A stretch of DNA of 64,000 nucleotides from Eledone cirrhosa. Its lineage: Eukaryota. The position numbers and the translations under genes were made by a program. This document shows, in pieces, positions 15,297 through 28,850 of this stretch (its first letter is position 1; each line of letters begins with the position of its first letter). The DNA lies in assembly GCA_964016885.1 (NCBI GenBank), contig OZ024747.1:62000001-62064000 (forward strand), in the 5' to 3' direction. A model generated the notes under the pieces. It searched no databases. It was given only the letters and a program-made list of their open reading frames with translations, and was not told the origin of the DNA.

Positions 15297-15482
15297 CACA
15301 TACACATATATATAAATATATACACATATATATATACACACACATTATATATATAAATATATATATATACATATATATATATACACATACCCATTATATA
15401 TATAAATATATATATATATACATATATATATACACATACACATTATATATATAAATATACATATATATATACACATACACAT

Positions 15483-15533
<51 letters not shown>

Positions 15534-15579
15534 TCAATGTAAAGTTATGTTGGTGCCACAAAATCCAGGCCGAAACAAA

Positions 15580-15960
15580 TGAGATCGTGTAGGTGTCACG
15601 ACAAAAAAAAAAAAAAAAAAAACACACAGTCCACGCTGTAATGTGACCGTGTAGGCAACACGGTAAAAACCTCCCAGTCCCACACTGTAAATGTGGTTGG
15701 TGTTAGGAAGGGCATCCAGCTGTAGAAAACCCGCCAGACAGTCCACGCTGTAATGTGGCCGTGTAGGCAACACGGTAAAAACCTCCCAGCCCCACACTGT
15801 AAATGTGGTTGGTGTTAGGAAGGGCATCCAACTGTAGAAAACCCGCCAGACAGTCCTATGCGAGCAAGACAACTACTCTTGCCTCAAGTGGGAAAACTCC
15901 CGTCCAAACCCATGCAAGCGTGGAACATGGACGTTAAATGATGATGATGATGATGATGAT
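15580..15960 (+). mobile_element. RTE 3' UTR copy with an internal ~115-bp duplication
   Basis: ggtgttaggaagggcatcca.ctgtagaaa occurs twice, followed by a (GAT)n tail. Similar copy at 57030-57300. Confidence 0.75.
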
Positions 15961-16689
15961 ACACATAATATATATAAATATATATATATATACACATAAT
16001 ATATATAAATATATAAACATATACACATACACATTATATATATAAATATATATATATATATATACACACACATTATATATATAAATATATATATACACAC
16101 ATACATTATATATATAAATATATATATACACACATACACATTATATATATAAATATATATATACACACATTATATATATAAATATATATATACACACATA
16201 CACATTATATATATAAATATATATATACACACACATACACATTATATATATATATATACACATTATAATTACATATATATGAGAGAGAGAGAGAGAGAAA
16301 ACTTGGTGGAAATATGTAAGATATAGAGAAACGTAAGTCCATAGGGCAAGCTTTAATATAATTATTAAGGCCAGCTACTACAGCGGAACCATACCAGGAA
16401 TGTAGGTTCCATTGATCTGGTGGACTGGTGGAAAGGAACTGAAAATAGCTTAAATAAAGGAGGGAGATAGGAGGCTGACCAAAGAGGAGGGGGTAATAAA
16501 AAAAGAATAGAGAGAGAGAGTAATTAAAAATATCAAAAAAGTTATTTCCAGAACTCGATCTAGGGAGTCAACGCCAGCAGTTAGAGCTCCTATAGAGAGC
16601 TCCTATAGAGAGCTCCTATATAGATCAACTCAAGGAAAAGACAGTAACCCAATGCTAAAGTAGGAATAGATAATGTTTCAGGAAAAAAA

Positions 16690-17375
16690 ACCTTCTAGGA
16701 ATAAATATTATTAGATTTAGTTGTTAAGGAGTCCAATTCTTTAGAAGATACTTTGTGGCGTGAGAACAACATGAGAAATAATCCAGGCAAGTATTTAAAG
16801 GTCTGATGGTGCACAGATTATTCAGTATCAACCATCTCTCATTGTTGCATAATCTGCAAACTTTGAGCCCATTTACATATGGTTGAGATTGTTCCGGTAT
16901 TTTCCATTTAAGAGAGAAGTTGATGATCTTGTCTTTGAGCAGCTTTTATTTTATTCCCCAAATTTGTGGTGTTGCGTTTATTTGGGTATCTGAAGATCAT
17001 TTCATGATTAAGGAAACAATTTTTTTTTTTAAATGACTCTCCAATGTGCCCACATATGTCTAGGCTTCCTTTATACTTGGTGACTTCTCTATTGAATCTC
17101 TACATTTCCTCAAAGATCTCATTAACTACATAGAATCTGAGCAATAGTTCACCTTCCCCTTCTGAACCTACTCTGATTTCTTCTTAGAAGAGGGTCAATA
17201 GCTGCTACCATTCAGTTTAGCAAGAATTTGTAGTAGATTTTTACAGCAATTCAGTTGAGTGAATTCCTCCTTAAATAGCCTTTCTTTGGTATTGGGCCGA
17301 TGCCTGACTTCAGCCAAGTGGTTGCAGGAGATTTGTAAAGTAGGAATAGTTGCATGGCTGTAGAAGATTGTGGAA
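16690..17375 (-). mobile_element. Decayed RTE-like LINE RT fragment
   Basis: Minus strand gives WLKSGIGPIPKKG and a downstream FKYL motif. Confidence 0.6.
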
Positions 17376-17384
17376 TGTTCAATC

Positions 17385-19220
17385 TACCACCACCACCAAC
17401 CAACCACCACCACCAACCACCCAACACCACCACCACCACCAACCACCCAACACCACCACCACCAACCAACCACCCAACACCACCACCACCAACCACCCAA
17501 CACCACCACCATCAACCCAACACCACCACCACCACCCAACACCACCACCAACCAACCAACCAACACCACCACCAACCAACCACCCAACACCACCAACCAA
17601 CCAATACCACCAACACCACCAACCAGCCACCCAACACCACCATCACCTAATACCACCAACACCAACCAACCACCCAACACTACCACATCAACCAACCACC
17701 CAACACCACCACATCAACCAACCACCCAACACCACCAACCACCCAACACCACCAACCAATACCACCACCAGAAGAACAACCATCCACAAGTGTGACAACT
17801 CACCAATTATTCATGACCGACATGTTTTTGCAAAGACAAACAAGTGAGAGAGAGAAGGAAATGAAGAAAGATGAAGAATAAAATAAACATGATTGAAAAT
17901 ATTTTTTAAAATATAGGATAAAATGACAACAGTAACAACAGCAGTAGTAACAACAACACCAGAGACAACAGTAACAACAACAGCAGTAACAACAACAACC
18001 TCATTACCACTAACAACAGTGGCACTAACTCCAATAACAACAACAATATCATCATCATCATCATCACCACAAACAACAATAATGACAGTGACAACAACAA
18101 TGATGAAAGTGACAAAAATGACAACAAAAATTCACGATAATACCACCATCCCAACTACCATCCTCACCAACACCGCCATCCCACCACCTCCACTACTAAC
18201 ACCACCTTCATCAACAAGACCACTAACTCCACTACCAACAACACCGCCACCACCTCCATCAACAACACCACCACCACCACCTCCATCAACAACACCACCA
18301 TCAACAACACCACCACCACCACCTCCATCAACACCACCACCACCACCTCCATCAACACCACCACCACCACCACCTCCAACACCACCACCTCCAACACCAC
18401 CACCACCACCACCACCACCACCACCACCACCTCCACTACCAACACCACCACCACCACCACCACCAATTAATCGTGACAACTCCCTAAAAACACTATAAAC
18501 CACCTACAAGATATTGTCTAATTTCACAGAAATAAAAATTATGTAAATGAGAAAATAATTTAAAATTAATGAACTTTCAGTTTTTTTAAAGATATTTTAC
18601 CTCTTGTTTTTATTTCCTTAGTTTTTAGTGATGGTGGTGGTGATGTAGTGGTGGTGGTGTAGTGGTGTAGTGGTGGTGGTGTAGTGGTGGTGGTGGTGTA
18701 GTGGTGGTGGTGGTGTAGTGGTGGTGGTGGTGTAGTGGTGGTGGCTGTGTAGTGGTGGTGCAGTGCAATGTTCTATTAGTGATGGACAAGTGGTGTAGTA
18801 GTGTATGGTTGAGGTGTGGTGGTTGTGTGGTGTGGTAAGGTATGGTGGTACAGTGGTGCAGTGTTTCGGTGGTATGCTGATGTTGTGGTGTAGTGCAGTG
18901 TTATGCTAATGTTATGGTTAAGTGTAGTGTTATGCTAATGTGGTTTAGTGTAGTGTAGTGTTATGCTAATGTTGTAGTGTAGTGTTATGCTAATGTTATG
19001 GTTTAGTGTAGTGTTATGCTAATGTTGTGGTGTAGTGTTGGTGGTATACTAATGTTGTGGTTTAGTGTTACGTAGTGTAGTGTAGTGTTGTGTAGTTATG
19101 TAGTGCAGTGTAGTGTTACATAGTGTAGTGTAGTGTTATGTAGTGCAGTGTTATATAGTGTAGTGTAGTGTTAGGTAGTGAAGTGTAGTGTTAGGTAGTG
19201 AAGTGTAGTATAGTATAGTA
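17385..19220. repeat. Low-complexity block: (ACC)n/(AACC)n, (ACA)n, (GGT)n, (TAGTG)n
   Basis: Direct inspection. Similar blocks at 7125-7465, 26995-27845, 45520-46100 and 48480-48715. Confidence 0.9.
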
Positions 19221-19946
19221 TACCAATGTTGTGCTGTACTGTAATGTGCTGGTACAAAGGAAGCTATAAATATATAATAAATCTACTTCTATCTTCTATC
19301 ACTGTCATCTGTATTCCAACAATATTTTTTAACCATGATGAATACCTTATTTGTCTTGCCTGCCTCAATGTCTCATAAATCATAACATTGCAGCTACGTA
19401 GGTAGGACTGTAGGGTTGTGTGCATGTGTGGGTGTATGTGTGTTGTGTGCATGTGTGTGTTGTGTGCATAAGTGTATATGCATTCATATGAATGTTTCTG
19501 AACATTGAGTGTTTCTAAGCTTATGCACGTGTTTGCACATGTATGTATTAGTGCATGTGTGTTTGAGCATGTATGTGTTGTGTGCAGGTATGTGTGTTGT
19601 GTGCATAAATGTATATGCATTCATGCAGGTGTTTGTGAGCAAGTGTATGTTTTTGAGCATGTGCATGTGTGTGCACATGTACATGTTAGTTCACGTATTA
19701 GTGCACATGTATGTATTAGTGCATATGCATGTCTTAGTGCATGTGTTTGTGCATAAATGTATATGCATGTGTATGTGTGAGCATGTGTATGTATGTGTGA
19801 CAGCCAACCCAACACATGCCATTATGGAAAGTGAGCATAAAAATTATGAAATGTGTGTGCAAAAGGCAAACAGAAATAACAAAGCAAACGACACAGTATG
19901 ATGAAGAAATATATAATTAGTTTTATGCTTGATATAGTAGGAAAAG

Positions 19947-19982
19947 TCTTGATGTTTCAGACACTACTCCTTCATCAGAAAA
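19947..19982 (-). ncRNA. Decayed minimal PLE-type hammerhead
   Basis: Minus: tttt-CTGATGA-aggagtagtgtct-GAAAC-ATC-aaga. One change away from the GAAACGTC minimal form. Confidence 0.5.
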
Positions 19983-21164
19983 TAAAATGAGAAATCAAAG
20001 AAATAAAAAGATAGAGGAGAGTGGGAGGAAAAACAATTCTTAGCAAAAAAAAAAAAAAAAAAAAGCAGGCTCATTCAAGTCAGCATCTTTTATACATATG
20101 TACATAAATATACATACATACATCATTTTCACTGCTTAACATGATTTTCCATATTTGCATGGCATACTGAGGTTGTCTTGCTCATTCATTCATTCAATTT
20201 TTGGCTTTCTTTTTATGGCTGGCTGCCCTTCCTAACACCGAACACTTTACAGTGTGTACTGGATGCAGGAATGAAGATCTTTCCAAATATGCTCAGAGAG
20301 GATGCTGGCATAACCCCTGATTCTGAAATCAATGTCTTGATGGGGGACAAAAATAGTTGGAGGCAGAGAACAAGAGATGTTATAGTTCCGTCTGTGGACA
20401 GCTGATGATGATGATGATGATAGTGTGTGTGTGTGTGTATATATGTGTGTGTATATATATATGTGTGTGTGTGTATGTGTATGTGTGTGTGTTTTGATTT
20501 GAATTCAAAATGTAAAACTCCAGAACAAATACTGCAATGGCATTTTATGCTATGGTCTACCAATTCACAACCATTGATGCTTATGTTATTGACAAATATT
20601 TATGACCACACATATACACAGGCAAACACACATGCATGCACAAACACACAACTGTACATACAGTCAAACATACAAACACACATACATGCAAACATACACA
20701 TGCACGCAAACATACACATGCACGCAAACATAAAACTGTACACACACACACACACACACACAGTTGCAACAGAAACCTGGTTGCCAACATCTGCGACCTG
20801 ATAAAGTTTGTCACCTCTGTTCTATGGTGTCTCTGAGAATTTCAAAATATGAAATATTTTAATATATTTTTTTAAATTCATATATAGATAAAACATAAAA
20901 TGATTTAATAGAATATATTTACAGCAGTTATTAATATTCCCAGTAGGTATTGTATATTTTGTAAGTTAGTATTATTTTATAAGATATAATGCATGTCTCA
21001 TTTCAATTTTATATTTTATTGATTTTTATATTGGGAAAATACAGAGGATTTAGTAAAAGAATTTAAAGTAGGTATTAACTTATATGTAAGTGTTGTATTA
21101 ATGTTATATATAAGTGTTATATATTTTGTAACTCACTACTATTTCATAAGATATGGGATATATC

Positions 21165-22125
21165 ATCATCATCACCATTTTACATCCATTTTTCCATGCT
21201 AGCATGGGTTGGACGAGTTGTCCTGTTGTCGGCAATGCTATGTCAGATGACCATGTCTTGCTCATACAGAACAGATTCTGGCCTAGTTTCTACAGCTGGA
21301 TGCCCTTCCTAACACCAACCTTATTTACAGTGAGGACTGGGTGGTTTTTGTCGTGACACCTACACAACCACTTTACAGTGTGGGCTGGGCGCTTTTTACC
21401 GTGTCACCATCATGGCCACTTTACCATGTGGGCTGGGGGCTTCACTGAATGTATACTTTGGTCTGTCCTCATCAGAGATATATGGGAAGGTGGAGTGGTG
21501 CATATTGTCTATATGCTTCAGCTTCGGCCTGTGCCCATGGGAAGCCGGGTCTTCTGTATTACTGCACAACGCCAGAGATCTCAGTCCTGTGTCATCGCCT
21601 TTGAGAGGTGCAATTGAGCAAGGTTGGTTTTTATCACCTCATCCCAAGTCTTCCTGGATCTCCCCACTCCAAGGCTTCCATCGACTGAGTACTCTGCACA
21701 TTTTTATGCAAGTGTCATCCTTCATACGCATCACATGTCCATACCAATGCAATCACCTCTCTTGCACACAGCATTTGATTCAACTTATGCCTAGTTTCTC
21801 TCTCAGCTCATTTATGCTTTGCTGTTAACATATATTACTATTACACATCCATTGGAGCATGCAAGCTTCATTTCTTTTCAATCTATACAAGTCTACACAG
21901 CATCCACGTCCCACTACCATGCAACATTGCTGTTCCTATGTACGCATCATACAGTCTGTCATTCTGAGGGAAAAGTCTTTTGTAGCCAGCAGTAGTAGTA
22001 GCTCCCTGAACTTCTTCCATCCCATTCTTACTTTGGCTACAGTAATTTTTCAGAACACCCACCTCCACTGCTAATTTGGTCACCTAGGTAGCAGAAGCTG
22101 TCTACTGTTTCTACCGAGCCCTCCC
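21165..22125 (-). mobile_element. RTE-clade LINE, 5'-truncated, same family as 8965-9540
   Basis: Minus strand gives VETVDSFCYLGDQISSGGG...LYDAYIGTAMLHGSGTW, then the same 3' UTR and tail. Confidence 0.88.
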
Positions 22126-22810
22126 ATATATTATATTATTTATGTTCATACATGGAACAAAAGTGCTACCCAAGGTGTCAAGGCCCAATATTCACCGTAC
22201 TTCCAAAATATAAGAGGTATCAAATTTGTGACCTTCCTTCAGGCACTCCGATTTCGCCTTGCCCATCCCCTCTATCTTTCTTATGATGAAGGACTAGCAT
22301 GCAAAATGTTAAGACTCTCTTCCTGCTACTTCAAGCATTAAACTAATATATTCCTTCCATATACTGTACTGTTTGTGTTATTTCTGTTTACCTTTTACAC
22401 ATACACACACATATATATGTATATATATATATATATACTTCATCTTCTTCATATATTCCATTTTTAGCATGGTTTCTACCATTGGATGCCTTTACTAATG
22501 CCAGAGTGTACTGTGTGAAATTTATCATGGTACCAGCACTACTGAAACTGTCATATGTTCTGCCAAATTGGATGGTCCTCTCTAATACACACACATCATC
22601 ATTTCATTTTACGTCCGCTTTTTCCCTGCTTGCAAGGGTGGGACGGGAACTATGTATGTATGGAAGTGTCAAACTTCCCGTTGGTCAGTTCTGAGAGCAT
22701 TCCTCAGTCAGAAGTCTATAGAATTCTTTCTGGGGTGAGGCTTCCTGTAGCAAACAAAAACACTACAGGGAGCCTCACCCCAGAAAGAATTCTATAGACT
22801 TCTGACTGAG

Positions 22811-24010
22811 AAGCGGGCTCCTATGGTGAGAAGACCCATCTGCTGTCAACACCCTTCGAAAGGAGGGCTGGGGATGCCGTGGCTTATGATACGTAAACAC
22901 GCATTAAGGCTACGGCACCTTCAGGTATTCCTCTCCGGTCAACCGGTGTGGGCCCCGTTTGTGAGGTGAGCCTTTCCCAGACTCGTCTCACTCACCGAGC
23001 TGCAATCCTGGGTCAAGCAAAGACCGAGAAAACTGGGCGCCTGGCACACCGAGTGTGCCCAGGTGCTCACGGCTCTCTGGCAGGCGGACCCGGCTGTCAG
23101 TGGAGAATCCACCTTGTCATTCTATAGAGGGCTGGTGGTTAGCAGGTGCGACGACGCCCTCGGAGAAGTCCTAGGCATGGAGGAAGACGAACTGGCAAAC
23201 CTGTTCAGTAGGACATTCAGCCCGGGACCCATGGATAACTTCCAGAGGTCCCTGGCCTGGCAATGTTACAGAAGGGCTCTGCCCGTTCGAGAACGGCTCT
23301 ACAGACACGGGCGCCCGGGTAGGGACCCCTCGAAAAAGATCTGTCCCAGATGCGTGTGCGACGAGGAAACCGTTGCACACGCATTGGTACACTGCTCGGG
23401 CATTGCCGATCTGTGGGGCTATGTCGAACAACTGCTGTCAAGGGTGGGACCGATCCGGTTGACCACCGAGTCTATTGTAACAATCAAGCCGCCTCCCCTC
23501 TTCAAAAACGAAGAAGAGGCGGTGTTTCTGTGCGTAATAGCCATGGCGAAAGAGGTTGTAAGGTGGACGCGTCTGAAAGGACTGAGGTCAGGCACCTTTC
23601 TCTCTGGCCAACAACTGGTCCGTTTCTTCCGATATCATTTCGGAAGAAGGATCAGGATGGAGAGAGAGGTGCTGCACCCCAGCCATTTTTATGAAAGATG
23701 GGTGAAAGTGGCCTGTGTGAATGGGCCTTCACTCTACATCAGACTATAGGTGAGGAAGATGAAAGACCAAGGGAGCACCCCTTCTCTGTGCTCCTGAGGA
23801 AAAGGGTTGCACACTTTTTTTCGGGGGTGTGTGCGACCCCCCAAGGTGCCTCCTCTCTATTGAGGACTTTGTTATAAATTTTATTTTTTGTTATATTTTA
23901 TTTTATTTTTATATATTGTTATTGCCTCCTCATTGAGGACGCCTTGTTTTGTAAACTCCCCCCATTGTACTTGTCCCACTTTTGATGCCCTGGTGGCAAA
24001 TAAAAGAAAC
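22811..24010 (+). mobile_element. Tx1/L1-clade LINE 3' part
   Basis: GC-rich. ORF 23063-23749 has a CCHC zinc knuckle CPRC...EETVAHALVHC. AATAAA-like end followed by (TATC)n. Confidence 0.85.
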
Positions 24011-24071
24011 ATATCTATCTATATACATATATCTATCTATCTATCTATATACATATATCTATCTATCTATC

Positions 24072-24440
24072 TTTTCAAATACCACTTTGGAAGAAGAATC
24101 AGGATGGAGAGAGAGGTGCTGTACCCCAGCAAGTTTTATGAAAGGTGGGTGAAAGTGGCGAGAATGGCCCAAGTGAATGGGCCTTCTCTCTATATCAGCC
24201 TGTAGATTGAGGAAAAGGAGGAGGAGAGGAAAGGAGTACAAGCTCTTCGTACTCCTGAAGATGAGGGTTGCACATTTTTTTCGGGGGTATGTGTTACCCA
24301 TATAAACTGTCTCCCTCTATTGGGGAAAATCGACTAACTTTTAAATTCCATCTGTGATAACATTTTACACGTTTTTATTGTATGTAAACTTCCCCCTTTG
24401 TATTTGTCCCCTTCTTTTGTGCCCCTGTGGCTAATAAAGA
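24072..24440 (+). mobile_element. Second, shorter 3' end of a related Tx1/L1 LINE
   Basis: YHFGRRIRMEREVL..YERWVKVA..NGPSLYI is repeated with divergence, then aataaag and (TATC)n. Confidence 0.85.
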
Positions 24441-24550
24441 AATATATCTATCTATATACATATATCTATCTATCTAGCTATCTATCTATATACATTTATC
24501 TATCTATCTATATACATTTATCTATCTATCTATATACATTTATCTATCTA

Positions 24551-24589
<39 letters not shown>

Positions 24590-25319
24590 CTATCTATATA
24601 TATACATCTTTCTATCTATCTATCTATCTATCTATATATATATAGGAAAAAATATGACCCCAACAGCAGAGCTCAAGCCGTTTCGACGGCTATTTCTGGA
24701 CCATTTCTGGACTATTTCCTTAGAATCTGCTGTATACATATCATTTTCAACACTCCACTCACTCCCCTATTGTTCTACAGGCAAGTTCAGCCACCCCTAC
24801 CTCCCACCAAATGCCATGATAGACTTATTTGTGTTTACAACAAATTTTAACCAATCCTCTTTTATATATATATATATATATATATATCATCATTTCATTT
24901 TACGTCCGCTTTTCCCTGCATGCAAGGGTGGGACGGGAACTGATTCTGGCTTGATTTCTACAGCTGGATTCCCTTCCTAACACCAACCTCATTTACAGTG
25001 AGTGCTGGGTGCTTTTTTGCCGTGGCACCTACACGACCACTTTACAGTGTGGGCTGGGTGCTTTTTTGTCCTGGCACCTCCACGACCACTTTGCAGTGGA
25101 ATGATATGGACCCCAGTCCTATCATCTCATTTCTACAGCTGAGTAAACTGGAGCAATGTGAAATAAAGTGTCTTGCTCAAGGAAACACCACATCACCCGG
25201 TCTGAGGATTGAACTCACAACCTTTCGATTGCAAACCCAATGCTCTAACCACTAAGCCATGTGCCTCCATATATATATATATATATATATATATAAAGGA
25301 TAACAAAATATTGTTATAG

Positions 25320-25879
25320 GTAATCCAGTTAGAGGTTGTGAATACTTCTTATTATGGATAGCTTTAGCGTACGGCGTTGTTTGACTCAAGGAGAGGTTTA
25401 CGTAGATGACGAGTTTATGATTTCACTTGTATTCCCATGTAAGTTTATCTTGGAGTAATATGGTCAACAGTACAAAAAAGGGGATTTATTTACAGTCTAA
25501 CAATTGTTTCACTGATAAAGATGTCTAAAAATTGCTGAACACTAGAAGAAATGCCACTCAATTTTAAATACAATGTTAGCTCGATCAGATCTTCAGAAAC
25601 TGTTAATGAAGATCTGATCGAACTAACATCGTATTTAAAATTGAATGGCACTTCTAGTGTTCAGCAATTTTTAGACATCTTTATCAGTGAAACAATTGTT
25701 AGACTGTAAATAAATCCCCTTTTTTGTACTGTTGACCATATTACTCCAAGATAAACTTACATGGGAATACAAGTGAAATCATAAACTCGTCATCTACGTA
25801 AACCTCTCCTTGAGTCAAACAACGCCGTACGCTAAAGCTATCCATAATAAGAAGTATTCACAACCTCTAACTGGATTAC
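25320..25879. mobile_element. Fold-back palindrome (about 275-bp arms, 11-nt loop) between (TA)n tracts, probably PLE-derived
   Basis: 25320-25595 is the near-perfect reverse complement of 25607-25879. Contains a hammerhead motif. Confidence 0.85.
25492..25603 (-). ncRNA. Type I hammerhead ribozyme motif in a long palindrome
   Basis: Minus: acagttt-CTGAAGA-t-ctgat...atcag-t-GAAA-caattGTT-agactgt. Stem I 7 bp (one G-U), palindromic stem III acaattgt, about 65-nt loop II. Confidence 0.75.
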
Positions 25880-25888
25880 ACTTTTTCG

Positions 25889-25931
<43 letters not shown>

Positions 25932-25949
25932 ATAATAATAAATTTGAAG

Positions 25950-26135
25950 ACTAAAATACAAAGAAGGCTCGATAAGGATAAATATATATCAAATATATAA
26001 GAACCGTAGAGCAAATATTTATTAAAATAACAGATTAAAGTTTAAGCAAAGAATCGCTGCTTTCACCCTTAACGGGATCTTCTGAAACAGCAGCGATTCT
26101 TTGCTTAAACTTTAATCTGTTATTTTAATAAATAT
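25950..26135. mobile_element. Short fold-back element (47-bp arms); related non-palindromic copy at about 55840-56005
   Basis: 26015-26061 is inverted at 26089-26135. Shares aggctcgataagga and gctttcac...ggatcttctgaaac with the 55.9 kb copy. Confidence 0.7.
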
Positions 26136-28267
26136 ATATATATAATGAAATATTTGAAAACTTTACATTTGGTGTAATATGCTAATATAGAGGAAATGAA
26201 ATTCTAAAGAATCAACAGTCATACATGTGATTTAGGATATGTACACTATATCCCTGTGTATTGTAAGAAGTGACTAAAAGGGCTCGTGTGTCAGGAAGAG
26301 CATCTGGCTGTAAAGCAATGACTCGAAAAGTCCTATCCAACCAATGTCATCATGAACATAAAAACGATGATAATATATATATAAAATTCGAATAATTGAG
26401 TCAGTTTTAAATTCAGCATTGACATTAATTCAGTAAGTTATGAAAAGCGACAAAATAGAGATAATTTCAAAAAGTTATATTTTTTTTTTTTTTTTTAGAA
26501 AAACCACCAACACACCAACAACAACAACAATGACAATAAATAAATAAAAATTTAAAACGACAAAAACGAAAATATTTTCAGAATTAGCATTAAATGAACC
26601 AAAGTAGTAAAGAAAAAAAAGCCACCAAAAAACGAAATATATGATCCCAAAAGTCTTCAATGGAAATATTTTTGCTGAATAGAATACCAAAATGATTTAT
26701 ATAATGGCAGCCAGAGAAGTGCACGAGCTTGCTTGTCATAAATATGTAAAATAACCAGCATAGGAGGAGATTAATAAATAAATCTCTGATATTACAAATA
26801 TTACTTTCCTCAATCTTAGAATTGATCGGAATCGGAGAAGAAATATGGGAAGAGATAAGGAATGCTAAAAAATTCTTTATGAAGAAAAAAAAAAAAAATC
26901 ATCATTCTTGCAAACAAAATATTCCATGGAATAAAATGGACATCCATCGGTTTTAATGATGAGTCTTCTAGTTTCATCATCCTAATATGTCATGCCACAC
27001 CTTACTACACCACACCATACTATACTACACCATACCATACTACACCTAACCACAAGGACACACATACACGACACTGCACCATACTACACCACACCACACT
27101 ATACTACACCACACCACACCACAAGGACACACACGACACTGCACCATACTACACCGCACCATACTACACCACACCATACTACACGACACCACAAGGACAC
27201 ACATATACGACACTGCACCATATTACACCACACCACACCATACTACATGACACCACACCACAAGGACACACATACACGACACTGCACCATACTACACCAC
27301 ACCACACCATACTATACAACACCACACCACAAGGACACACATACACGACACTGCACCATACTACACCACACCACACCATACCACAAGCACACACATACCC
27401 GACACCACACCATACTACACAACACCACACCACAAGGACACATACACGACACCACACTATACTACACACTACACCATACTACACCACACCACAAGCACAC
27501 ACATACACGACACTGCCCCATACTACACACTACAGCACAAGCACACACATACACGACACCACAAGCACACGACACTGCACCATACTACACACTACAGCAC
27601 AAGCACACACATACACAACACCACACCATACTATACACTACACCACAAGAACACACATACACGACACTGCACCATATTACACACTACACCACACCATAAG
27701 CACACACATACATGACACATGACACCACACCGCACCATACTACGCACTACACTACACCACAAGTACACACGACACCACACCATACTACACACTACACCAC
27801 AAGTATACACATACATGGCACAACAGCACACCACACCACACACTGTATTTGGACACAGTGACATAGCTAAAATCTGTACCCTTTGGAGGCGCAGTCCTTC
27901 AGTTAGCCACTCTACCTTACCCCACCCCACCCCACAAAAACTGTTGCAGTGTTGGAGCTTCATCAGTTTCAACAATGAAACAACCTACTCATGAAATTAA
28001 TGTACAGGTGGCTGAACATTCCACAGACATGTGTACCTTTAATTTAATCCACAGGGAGATTCAGCATAACACAGTGACAAGGTTGTGTTCTTTGAATTAG
28101 AGATACAGCCCATCTGACAGGTTTCCACCCAAATTCACTCACAAGTCTTGGGTCAACCCAATGCTATGGTCAATAACACGTGCCCCAAGATGTCATACAA
28201 TGGGGCTGAACCTGGGACCTTATGATTGTAAAGCAAACTGCTTAACCATTGGGTCATGCTGAATCGA

Positions 28268-28850
28268 CATTCTATGGAAGAAAATACAGACTAAAATAAC
28301 AAATATTCTATGGAAGAAAATACAGACTAATACTAACAGAAATATTCTATGGAAGAAAATACAGAGCAACAATAACAAAAATATTCTATGGAAGAAAATA
28401 CAGACTTTCAATAACAAAAATATTCTATGGAAGAAAATACAGACTTTCAATAACAAAAATATTCTATGGAAGAAAATACAGACTTTCAATAACAAAAATA
28501 TTCTATGGAAGAAAATACAGACTTACAATAACAAAAATATTTTATGGAAGAAAATACAGACTTTCAATAACAAAAATATTCTATGGAAGAAAATACAGAC
28601 TTACAATAACAAAAATATTCTATGGAAGAAAATACAGACTTTCAATAACAAAAATATTCTATGGAAGAAAATACAGACTTACAATGACAAAAATATTCTA
28701 TGGAAGAAAATACAGACTTTCAATAACAAAAATATTCTATGGAAGAAAATACAGACTTACAATGACAAAAATATTCTATGGAAGAAAATACAGACTTTCA
28801 ATAACAAAAATATTCTATGGAAGAAAATACAGACTTACAATGACAAAATA
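28268..28850. repeat. 39-bp minisatellite, about 15 copies
   Basis: Unit aaaatattctatggaagaaaatacagactttcaataaca. Confidence 0.95.

Noticed and set aside
17923-18498. Thr/Pro-rich extensin-like ORF
   Set aside because: (ACA)n/(CCA)n low-complexity sequence.
20760-21150. Possible hAT transposon end
   Set aside because: Too decayed to identify TIRs or a reading frame with confidence.
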